Below are positions 50,771 through 58,848 of a stretch of 64,000 nucleotides of DNA, in pieces (the stretch's first letter is position 1; every line of letters starts with the position of its first letter). The notes beneath the pieces were generated by a model. That model did no database searches and was not told the DNA's origin. It worked only from the letters and a program-made list of their open reading frames with translations. A program made the position numbers and the translations under genes. Source of the DNA: an uncultured delta proteobacterium (GTDB lineage Bacteria; Myxococcota; Myxococcia; Myxococcales; Anaeromyxobacteraceae); NCBI GenBank assembly GCA_963845515.1, contig CAWJSR010000057.1, positions 32,001 through 96,000 on the forward strand, in the 5' to 3' direction.

Positions 50771-53700
50771 CTAGTGGAAGTCCCGCGACCGTGCCCCGAC
50801 GGGCGGCGCCAGGGCGAGCGGGGCGAAGGACTCGGCCCGGACGTTGACCACCTGCCCGCTCCGCTCCATCCGTCCCCGGACGAGCAGGAACGGCGAGCCG
50901 CGCACCAGCGCGCGGTAGCGCTCGTAGATGTCGGGCATGACGACCAGGTTGGCGATGCCGGTCTCGTCCTCCAGGCTCACGAAGACGATCCCCTTCGCCG
51001 TCTCGGGGCGCTGCCGGACGATGACGAGCCCCGCCACCTCAACCCGCTCGCGGTCGTGGAGCCGGGCGACCTCCCGCGCCGTCCTCACCGCCCCCCCTGC
51101 CAGGGACGGGCGGATGACGGCCATCGGGTGGCCACGCGTCGAGAGGCCGATCGTCGAGTAGTCGGCGGCGATCTCCTCCGCGGCGGAGGACGGGGGGAGC
51201 TTCACCTCCGGCTCCGGCGGTGCGACCCCGGCGAAGAGGTCGCGCTCCTCACCTGAACTATCGGAGATCGCGAGCGTTTTCCAGACGGCGCTGCGCCGCT
51301 CCGGATCCAGGGAGGCGAGCGCCCCGGCCTCCGCGAGCCGGGCCAGCCAGGCCCGCGAGACGCCGCCGCGGTCCGCCAGGTCGGCGACCGAGAGGAACGG
51401 CGCCACGCGCCGGGCCGCGACGATCCCCTCCCCCACGGCGTTCGGCAGCCCCCGGACCTGGTGGAGCCCTACCCGGACGGCTGGCGCCTCGCCAGGGGGC
51501 GCCGGGACCCCTTCCGTGGCCCCTTCGAGGGTGCTCTCCCACCCGCTCCACTGTACGTCCGGTGGCCGGACCTCGACCCCGTGGCGCCGCGCGTCCTCGA
51601 CCAGCGTGTGTGGCGAGTAGAAGCCCATCGGCTGGCTGTCGAGCAGGGCGCAGGTGAAGGCGGCCGGGTGGTAGCGCTTCACCCAGGCCGACGCGTAGAC
51701 GAGGAGCGCGAAGGAGGCGGCGTGCGACTCGGGGAAGCCGTAGCCGGCGAAGCCGAGGAGCTGGCGGTAGATCCGCTCCGACTCCTCGGCCGGGATCCCG
51801 CGCTCGGCCATCCCGGCCTGGAGCTTCGCCTTGATGGCGGCCAGCTTCTCGTGGGAGCGGCGGTGGGTCATGTCCCGCCGCAGCTCGTCCGCCTCCCCGG
51901 GCGTGAAGCCGCCGGCCACCACCGCGAGCCGCATCGCCTGCTCCTGGAAGAGCGGGATCCCGAGGGTCCGCTCGAGGACCGCGGCGAGCGGCGGATAGGA
52001 GTAGCGGACCTCCTCCAGGCCGTCGCGGCGGCGCAGGTACGGGTGGACCATCCCGCCCTGGATCGGGCCGGGGCGGATGATCGCGACCGAGATGACGAGG
52101 TCGTAGAACTTGCGGGGCTTCAGCCGCGGCGCGAGCCCCATCTGCGCCCGCGACTCGACCTGGAAGACGCCGATCGAGTCGGCTCGCTGGAGCATCTCGT
52201 AGGTCGCCGGATCCTCCGCCGGGATGGTCGCGAGCCCGTCCGGCCACGGCCTCGCCGTCGGGAGGGCGGGCGCAGGGTGGTGGCGCGCGATGAGCCTCAG
52301 CGAGCGGGAGATGGCCGTGAGCATCCCGAGCGCGAGCAGGTCCATCTTGAGCAGGTCGAGCGCGGCGAGGTCGTCCTTGTCCCACTGGACGATGGTCCGG
52401 CCAGGCATCGCCGCCGGCTCGACCGGCACCGTCTCGCAGAGCGGCCGCTTCGTGACGACGAAGCCGCCCACGTGGATGGAGAGGTGGCGCGGGAAGCCCG
52501 CGAGCTCCCGCGCGAGCTCGAGCGTCTGACGGACCCGCGGCGACTCGCCGGGATCGAGCCCGGCCTGCGCGAGCAGCTCGGGCCCCAGCCGGGAGAGATC
52601 CTCGTGGCTCCCCAGCAGCTTCGCGAGCCGGTCGACCTGGGCGAGCGAGAGGCCGAGCGCCTTCCCGGCGTCGCGGATGGCGGAGCGGGTCCGGTAGGTG
52701 ATCACCTCGCAGACCATCCCCGCGTGCTCGCGCCCGTAGCGCTCGTAGACGTACTGGAGCACCTCCTCGCGCCGCTCGTGCTCGAAGTCGACGTCGATGT
52801 CCGGTGGCTCCCCGCGCTCGGCGGAGATGAACCGCTCGAAGAGGAGCCCCATCCGGACGGGATCGATGGCGGTGATCCCGAGGACGTAGCAGACGGCCGA
52901 GTTGGCCGCGCTCCCCCTCCCCTGACAGAGGATCCCGCGGCCGCGCGCGAAGCGGACGATGTCCCAGACGGCGAGGAAGTAGCTCGCGTAGCCGAGCGAC
53001 TCGACGAGGTCCAGCTCGCGGGCGAGCTGCCGCACGACGTCCTCCGGCGGATCGCCGCCGAAGCGCCAGCGCGCGCCATCGCGGACGAGCTGCCGGAGGA
53101 GCTCCATCCCAGCCAGGCCCGGCTCCGGCGCCGGCGCGATCGGGGCGCCCTCCGGGCCGTGAGCAGCCGACGCCACCAGCGGCGGGAGCGGGTGCTCGCC
53201 GCGGATCTCGTCCATCCGGAAGGCGCAGCCGTCGGCGATCCCGGCAGCCGCCTCCAGCCCCTCGGGGAAGTCGCTCCAGAGCCGCGCCATCTCCTCCGGT
53301 CCCTTGAGCGTCCGCTCGGCGTTGGGGAAGAGGCGGCGCCCCGCCTTCTCGACCGGGACGCCGTGCCGGATGCAGGTGAGGACGTCCTGCAGCACCTGCC
53401 GCCTCCGCGCGTGGGTGTGGACGTCGTTGGTGACCGCGACGGTGACGCCGAGCCGCCGGCCGACGGAGCGGGTCGCAGCGATCCGCAACTCCTCCCCGGC
53501 GACGCGGTGGCGCGCGACGGCCAGGGCCATGCGGAGGCCGAAGATCTCACGGAGCCGCGCCACCGCCCCCTCGTCAGCGCCGGGGTGGAGCGCGAAGAGG
53601 CCTCCCGACCGATCCCCCAGCGCCCTGAGCGAGACCCCCACCTCCTGGCGCGGCCGCCGCGGCGGCGAGGGGATCTCTTCTCTCAGCTCCTCCCCGCAGT

Positions 53701-54013
53701 GGGCGAGCGTGAGGAGCCGGCAGAGGTGGGCGTACCCCTCGCGATCCTGCGCGAGCAGGACGACCGGCGCCGGCCGGCCGCGGACGAGGTCGGTGACGGT
53801 CACCTCCGCGCCGACGAGGAGCGGGAAGCTCCGGCGCTTCGCCTCGGTCCACCCCTTCACGACGCCGTAGAGGCCGTTCACGTCGGTGAGCGCGAGGGCG
53901 GAGAGCCCCAGCTCCGACGCCCGACCGACCAGCTCCTCGGGGTGGCTGGCCCCCTCCAGGAAGGAGTAGCAGGAGCGGCAGCGCAGCTCGGCGTAGCGCG
54001 GGGCGGGGGCCAT
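50771..54013 (-). CDS. dnaE2: Error-prone DNA polymerase DnaE2/ImuC
   Basis: YAELRCRSCYSFLEGASHPEEL, QGRGSAANS, PPDIDVDFEH, GYGFPESHAASF, C-terminal SRDFH. Confidence 0.97.
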   Translation of the reverse strand: MAPAPRYAELRCRSCYSFLEGASHPEELVGRASELGLSALALTDVNGLYGVVKGWTEAKRRSFPLLVGAEVTVTDLVRGRPAPVVLLAQDREGYAHLCRLLTLAHCGEELREEIPSPPRRPRQEVGVSLRALGDRSGGLFALHPGADEGAVARLREIFGLRMALAVARHRVAGEELRIAATRSVGRRLGVTVAVTNDVHTHARRRQVLQDVLTCIRHGVPVEKAGRRLFPNAERTLKGPEEMARLWSDFPEGLEAAAGIADGCAFRMDEIRGEHPLPPLVASAAHGPEGAPIAPAPEPGLAGMELLRQLVRDGARWRFGGDPPEDVVRQLARELDLVESLGYASYFLAVWDIVRFARGRGILCQGRGSAANSAVCYVLGITAIDPVRMGLLFERFISAERGEPPDIDVDFEHERREEVLQYVYERYGREHAGMVCEVITYRTRSAIRDAGKALGLSLAQVDRLAKLLGSHEDLSRLGPELLAQAGLDPGESPRVRQTLELARELAGFPRHLSIHVGGFVVTKRPLCETVPVEPAAMPGRTIVQWDKDDLAALDLLKMDLLALGMLTAISRSLRLIARHHPAPALPTARPWPDGLATIPAEDPATYEMLQRADSIGVFQVESRAQMGLAPRLKPRKFYDLVISVAIIRPGPIQGGMVHPYLRRRDGLEEVRYSYPPLAAVLERTLGIPLFQEQAMRLAVVAGGFTPGEADELRRDMTHRRSHEKLAAIKAKLQAGMAERGIPAEESERIYRQLLGFAGYGFPESHAASFALLVYASAWVKRYHPAAFTCALLDSQPMGFYSPHTLVEDARRHGVEVRPPDVQWSGWESTLEGATEGVPAPPGEAPAVRVGLHQVRGLPNAVGEGIVAARRVAPFLSVADLADRGGVSRAWLARLAEAGALASLDPERRSAVWKTLAISDSSGEERDLFAGVAPPEPEVKLPPSSAAEEIAADYSTIGLSTRGHPMAVIRPSLAGGAVRTAREVARLHDRERVEVAGLVIVRQRPETAKGIVFVSLEDETGIANLVVMPDIYERYRALVRGSPFLLVRGRMERSGQVVNVRAESFAPLALAPPVGARSRDFH

Positions 54014-55560
54014 CAGTCGAAGAACCCGTGGAGGTAGAGCCGGCCGTCGCGGCCGTCCCGGAAGACCCAGCAGTCGCCGACCCCCTCGAGCCGGACGCGC
54101 CAGTAGTCGCGCTCGAAAGGCGCGCCCCACCACTCGCCCACCAGCCGCTCCGGCCCCTCCATCGCGTCGACGGCGTGGGCGCGCCCATCGACGCGGAGCG
54201 CGGTGATCCGCCCACCTTCCCCCTCGGCGATGATCGCCCGCGGCACGGCCAGCAGCCGGGTGGGACGGAAGCGGCCGAGCGCCGGTGGCGCGTCCGGGCC
54301 GTCGAGCAGCGGCGCGGCGTCGCCGCCCTTCGGCCTCCCCTCCCGCCGCTCGCGCCGGAAGGGGATCGGCCGGTAGGCCGCCTCGGGCCGGTGGCGCTCG
54401 ACCTGCTCGGCGGCGAAGAGGGCGCCGTCGCCGAGCCTCCCCGCGAGCCGCGCCAGCACGCTCTCCAGCGCGGCGATCGCCTCCGGCCGATCGCCGATGG
54501 CCAGCTGCTCCGCGTGGAGGGGGGCGACCTCGATGGCGGCGAGCCGCAGGCCGGTCACCGCCGCCGGCAGCCGCAGGGCGAAGATCCGCTCCCGCAGCGT
54601 GCCGAGCCAGCTCCCCGCCTCGGCCGTGGGGCGGGCGAGCGGCACGAAGAGCCGCTCCTCCCCGCGCGGATCGAGCCGCAGCACCAGCTTGAGCCGCGTC
54701 GCGCCCAGCGCTCGCCCGGCGAGCCGGGCCGCCACCCGATCGGCGAGCCGCTTCACGGCGAAGAGGACAGGCTCTGCGCTCTCCACCGCCCCTTCGAGCT
54801 CCAGCGACTCCTCCGGGAGCGTCTCCGGCGTCCAGGGCACGAGCGGGCGCGCGTCCTCGCCGCGCGCGAGCCTGGCTGCGGCCACGCCGGCGACGCCGAA
54901 GCGGTGGGCGAGCGACTCGATCGGGAGCCGCGCCAGCGCGCCGGCGGAGTCGATCCCGAGGCCGGCGAGCCGCTCGCTCGTCGCGCCGTCGAGCCCGAGC
55001 GCGTGGAGCGGTAGCGGCGCGAGCGCGCGTGGCTCCGCTCCCGGCGGCACGATCCGGACCGCCGCGACGGCGGCGCGCGCGAGGGCGAGCGCCGGTCCCT
55101 TCCCGGTCGCGACCACCGCGCGGACGCTCCAGCCCAGCTCCAGCGCCAGCCCCCTCGCGCCCTCGGCCAGGAGCCGCTCCGCGACCGCCGGCTCCCTCGC
55201 TGCCAGGTGAGCCGCGCCGGCGTCGAGCAGGAGCGCGTCCGGCCGCACCGGCTCCACCGCCGGCACGAGCGCCAGCATCGCCTCCGCCAGGGCCCGCAGC
55301 GCGGCGAGGTCGGCCGCCGGCGCGTGCGGCGCAAGCTCGACGAGGCCGCAGGCGGCGATCGCCTCGGTGACGGTCTGGCCCGGCCGGATGCCGGCGTCGA
55401 GGGCGGCCGCGTCGGCGCAGACGATCCGCCCCTCGTGCTCCACCGCGAGCGGCCGAAGCGACCCCTTCCCCTCCCCGCCGCGCTCCCGCCGGAGCCGCTG
55501 GATGGGGAGCGAGGGGACGTGGAGCGCGAGGAGGCGCGGCGGCGAAGGGTCACGCCGCAT
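54013..55560 (-). CDS. imuB: Y-family polymerase-like protein ImuB
   Basis: LHVPSLPIQR, AGIRPGQT, GPERLVGEWW...RDYW...LHGFFD; located between imuA and dnaE2. Confidence 0.93.
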   Translation of the reverse strand: MRRDPSPPRLLALHVPSLPIQRLRRERGGEGKGSLRPLAVEHEGRIVCADAAALDAGIRPGQTVTEAIAACGLVELAPHAPAADLAALRALAEAMLALVPAVEPVRPDALLLDAGAAHLAAREPAVAERLLAEGARGLALELGWSVRAVVATGKGPALALARAAVAAVRIVPPGAEPRALAPLPLHALGLDGATSERLAGLGIDSAGALARLPIESLAHRFGVAGVAAARLARGEDARPLVPWTPETLPEESLELEGAVESAEPVLFAVKRLADRVAARLAGRALGATRLKLVLRLDPRGEERLFVPLARPTAEAGSWLGTLRERIFALRLPAAVTGLRLAAIEVAPLHAEQLAIGDRPEAIAALESVLARLAGRLGDGALFAAEQVERHRPEAAYRPIPFRRERREGRPKGGDAAPLLDGPDAPPALGRFRPTRLLAVPRAIIAEGEGGRITALRVDGRAHAVDAMEGPERLVGEWWGAPFERDYWRVRLEGVGDCWVFRDGRDGRLYLHGFFD

Positions 55561-56206
55561 CGATCCCACCTGCCACGCGGGCGAGCGTCGCCCGCCCCTC
55601 GCGCTTCGCCACGACCCGCCCGTCCAGGACGGAGAGCTCGAGCCGGACGCCGGCCGGCGCGCGCGCGGCCGCGCCCGGGCTGGAGAGCCAGAGCCCGACC
55701 GTCCCCCCCTTCTCTGCCGCCGTCTGGAGCCGGCGCAGGAGCCCGTCCGCCCCGCGCATCCCGACGGGGAGCGGGACGTCGACGATCACGACCGCGAACG
55801 CCCCCGACCCAAGGAGCGCCTCAGCTGCCCAGAAGCCCGCCAGCGCACCGGCGGCGCCCGACGCCGGGCCGCCGGGCCGGATCAGGAGGAGCCGCCCCAG
55901 GTCGACCCCAAGCGCGGCGGCGGCTGGCGGGTAGAGCTCCCCCGTCCCGTCGACGAAGGCGGCCAGCTCGTCCCGGGGGAGCGCAGCGACGAGCGCGAGG
56001 GCCACCCCGGTCTTCCCGCTCGCCGGCCCGCCGCGCAGCTCGGAGAGGACTCCACGCGGGAAGCCCCCCGCCGGCAGCGCCTCGTCTACGGAGGCGAGGC
56101 CGCACGGCAGGGCGCCCGACCGCCGGTCGGGGCGCCGCTCGAGGCGGCGGATCTCGTCCCGGAGCCGGGCGAGGACGAGCGTGCGCTGTGAGGTCTCGAT
56201 AGTCAT
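55550..56206 (-). CDS. imuA: ImuA (RecA-like) mutagenesis protein
   Basis: VDEALPAGGFPRG, GGPASGKT, AFVD...LYPPAAAALGVDLGRLL, WAAEALL. Confidence 0.88.
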   Translation of the reverse strand: MTIETSQRTLVLARLRDEIRRLERRPDRRSGALPCGLASVDEALPAGGFPRGVLSELRGGPASGKTGVALALVAALPRDELAAFVDGTGELYPPAAAALGVDLGRLLLIRPGGPASGAAGALAGFWAAEALLGSGAFAVVIVDVPLPVGMRGADGLLRRLQTAAEKGGTVGLWLSSPGAAARAPAGVRLELSVLDGRVVAKREGRATLARVAGGIDAA

Positions 56207-56220
56207 CCGATCCAAGGATA

Positions 56221-56237
56221 CTGGTCGGATGTTCAGC
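56221..56237. promoter_or_regulatory. Candidate LexA box upstream of imuA
   Basis: CTGGTCGGATGTTCAGC is CTG-N10-CAG with a GTTCAG half-site; 13/17 to the recalled M. xanthus consensus; the cassette is typically SOS-controlled. Confidence 0.55.
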
Positions 56238-56424
56238 TATCAAGCTGGCCTGACCTTCTCACCGAATGGCCCCGCCCCGAGGAGTCACCCGAACGCGCTA
56301 CTCACAGCCAAACTACAGGGCGGGACCGCGCCCACGGTAGGTGCTCCAGATGGCCACGACGAAGACACAGTCGGCCTGTTTTCACCTGCCTCCGGGCTGT
56401 CGCCCGGACGATGCGCCAGGGGAG

Positions 56425-56766
56425 CTAGGTTGCCGCGGCGCTGGTCGACAGGGGCCGGTACGGCTGCTCCGAGGTGCTGGCGGTCGCCGTGGGCGCGAGC
56501 CGCTCGCCGTTGGCGAGCATGTCGAGCGACATCTTCAGCATCGTGGCGATGAGCACCCCCGAGCCGGCCACGTCCACCTTCCTGTAGATGCGCTTGCGAC
56601 GCGCTCGGATGGTCTCCGGCGAGACGTTGGCGGCGGCCGCAGAGTCCTTGCACGCGAAGCCCTGGGCGATGCGGAGGACCTCTGCCCGCTCGGCCGGGGT
56701 CAGGGTGCTCCCCTGCATGAACCTGGCAGCGAAGGGCGTCAGGATCTCGATGTTGATCTGGGCCAT
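56425..56766 (-). CDS. Stand-alone LuxR-type HTH regulator
   Basis: LTPAERAEVLRIAQG...VSPETIRARRKRIYRKVDV; GAGGAG ribosome-binding site. Confidence 0.8.
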   Translation of the reverse strand: MAQINIEILTPFAARFMQGSTLTPAERAEVLRIAQGFACKDSAAAANVSPETIRARRKRIYRKVDVAGSGVLIATMLKMSLDMLANGERLAPTATASTSEQPYRPLSTSAAAT

Positions 56767-56958
56767 CTCTGGGACTCCTCTGGAGGAGCCGATCGCTCAT
56801 GCGATCGACCTTGGTTCGAACCAAGATAGGTAGGCCCCCTCGGGGTGCCAACCCCCTGTACCCCAGAATTCCGGACCGGGGTTCGGCATCGGGGTCTCGA
56901 CCTAGTGCGGGCTGTAGTATCGGTGCCGTTCACCCACCCTCCCGAAAGGCTCCGCCGC

Positions 56959-57723
56959 ATGTCCTCGGCTCTCCGCTCGCACGCTCCTCGACTCCTCCTC
57001 GCGCTCGCAGCGGTCGCGCTGGCGCCGTCCCCGGCGCGAGCCACGGAGCCGCCGCCGGCCCCCGACTGCGTGAAGCTCGTCGCAGGACAGATCAAGCGGT
57101 TCGACGCCTCGGGCATCCGCAAGCTGCAGGAGCAGGTGCAGGCTTACCGGGTCACGCGGATGATGATCGACGCCATCGGCAAGAAGCTGGAGCTGGGCGC
57201 GGCCTGGACCGAGGGCAACCCGCGCTGGGATGAGGCGTACGCCCTCTTCCAGCCGGACCTCTACGCGGCGATGCGTGCGGGCGCCGAGCGCGAGATGCAC
57301 CGCATGGAGACGAAGCTCCCCCAGCTCCTCGATCCCGCCACGTGCAAGAAGCACCTCGCGGTCCTGGCCTCGAGGCCCGGCGCGGCGGCGGCCCGGCTCG
57401 AGGACGGCGTCGAGGGGCGGAAGTTCCTCGCCTCCCTCGAGAAGGCCTTCGGGATCCCGCCACGCCTGCGCGACCTCGCGAAGGCCACGCGGCAGGAGAT
57501 CGCAGAGGCGGCGGCGACCCCCGAGGATCCCGCCGTCGCGATCGCGCGCGGTGAGCTCGGCATCTACGGCAAGCGGTACGCCGCGGCGCTGAAGCAGACC
57601 GGCGACGCTGACCCCGAGGTGGAGCGCAAGGCGTCTGGGGAGGCCGCCACGGCGATGATGGCGCGCAACCGGGCCTCGCTGGACGACATCGTGCGCAGGT
57701 ACCGGGCGGCGAAGGGCGGGTAG
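56959..57723 (+). CDS. Hypothetical secreted protein
   Basis: Signal peptide RLLLALAAVALAPSPARA; good GC3 bias. Confidence 0.75.
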   Translation: MSSALRSHAPRLLLALAAVALAPSPARATEPPPAPDCVKLVAGQIKRFDASGIRKLQEQVQAYRVTRMMIDAIGKKLELGAAWTEGNPRWDEAYALFQPDLYAAMRAGAEREMHRMETKLPQLLDPATCKKHLAVLASRPGAAAARLEDGVEGRKFLASLEKAFGIPPRLRDLAKATRQEIAEAAATPEDPAVAIARGELGIYGKRYAAALKQTGDADPEVERKASGEAATAMMARNRASLDDIVRRYRAAKGG

Positions 57724-57725
57724 CG

Positions 57726-58112
57726 CTACCCGTTCGCCGCGACCTTCTTGTCCTGCTCGGCGACCTCTGCCCTGACCTTCTCCATGTCGAGGGCGCGGAC
57801 CTGCTTGATCAGGTCCTCGAGCGCCGCCTCGGGGAGCGCGCCGGGCTGCGAGAAGAGCAGCACCTTGTCGCGCAGGATCATCAGCGTCGGGATGGAGCGG
57901 ATGTCGAACGACCCGGCCAGCTCGGGCTGATCCTCGGTGTTCACCTTGCCGAAGGTGAGGTCGGTGTGCTTCGCGGCCAGCTTCTCGTAGGTCGGGCCGA
58001 AGGAGCGGCACGGCCCGCACCAGGGCGCCCACCAGTCGAGGAGGACGATGCCGTCCTTCTCGACGACCTCCTTGAAGTTCTTGCCCGTCACCTCGACCGT
58101 CGTGGTCCCCAT
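57726..58112 (-). CDS. trxA: Thioredoxin
   Basis: DWWAPWCGPCR, IRSIPTL. Confidence 0.93.
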   Translation of the reverse strand: MGTTTVEVTGKNFKEVVEKDGIVLLDWWAPWCGPCRSFGPTYEKLAAKHTDLTFGKVNTEDQPELAGSFDIRSIPTLMILRDKVLLFSQPGALPEAALEDLIKQVRALDMEKVRAEVAEQDKKVAANG

Positions 58113-58218
58113 TTCAATCCTCGCGGCGCCCACCGTCCATTCGGCTTCCGGCGCCCTGCTCCCTCTTCGACCCCAGAGATATGAAAAGGGTTCGGGACCC
58201 GCAAGTGGCCATGGCACA

Positions 58219-58263
58219 CCCCCTCACCCTGGGCCCTCTCCCCCAAGGGGTTGGGGGAGAGGG
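58219..58263 (+). repeat. REP-like hairpin repeat
   Basis: CCCCCTCACCCTGGG-CCCTCTCCCCCAA-GGGG-TTGGGGGAGAGGG (13-bp stem). Confidence 0.8.
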
Positions 58264-58296
58264 AATTCCCTGGTGGGAGAGAGGGGCGGTCCGGCG

Positions 58297-58848
58297 TCAG
58301 CGAGACGGCGGGTACTTGTGCAGCTTGCGCTGGAGCGAGCGGCGGTGGATGCCGAGCCGGCGCGCCGCCTCCGAGATGTTGCCGCCGCAGTCGGAGAGGA
58401 CGCGCTGGATGTGCTCCCACTCGGCGCGCGCGAGCGAGGGCGTCTCGACCCCCGGCTGCTGCTTGCTCGTCTGCGTGCCGTTGAGGGCCGAGAGGATCTC
58501 GTCGGCGTCGGCCGGCTTCGGCAGGTAGCCGATCGCCCCCTCGCGCACCGCCTCGACCGCGGTCGCGATGGAGCCGTACCCGGTCAGCATCAGCACGCGG
58601 GTCGCCGCGTCCTGCTTCTTGAGCGCGCGCAGCACGTCGATGCCGCTCCCGCCCGGCATCTTGAGATCGACGACCGCCATCTCGGGCGAGTCGCGGTCCA
58701 CCTCGCGCATCGCCTCGTCGGCGTTGCCCGCGGTCCGGACGTCGTAGCCTCGAGCGCGGATCGCCTGCGCGAGGCGCTCGCGCAGGATCGCGTCGTCGTC
58801 GACGAGCAGGATGCTCGGCAGTGCGTCGCGGCTCACTTCCGTCGTCAT
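58297..58848 (-). CDS. RegA/PrrA/ActR-family response regulator
   Basis: LLVDDD, LTGYGSIATAVEA, SLARAEWEHIQRVL...NISEAARRLGIHRRSLQRKL. Confidence 0.93.
   Translation of the reverse strand: MTTEVSRDALPSILLVDDDAILRERLAQAIRARGYDVRTAGNADEAMREVDRDSPEMAVVDLKMPGGSGIDVLRALKKQDAATRVLMLTGYGSIATAVEAVREGAIGYLPKPADADEILSALNGTQTSKQQPGVETPSLARAEWEHIQRVLSDCGGNISEAARRLGIHRRSLQRKLHKYPPSR

Larger units (their letters stand above)
49294..50772 (-). mobile_element. IS110-family element, IS1111 type (subterminal inverted repeats, CT core, no TSD)
   Basis: 13-bp inverted repeat ATGGTTGGACCCG at 49297-49309 and its complement at 50753-50765, 3 and 7 bp inside the ends; CT dinucleotide at both junctions (49292-93 and 50771-72). 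Confidence 0.92.
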
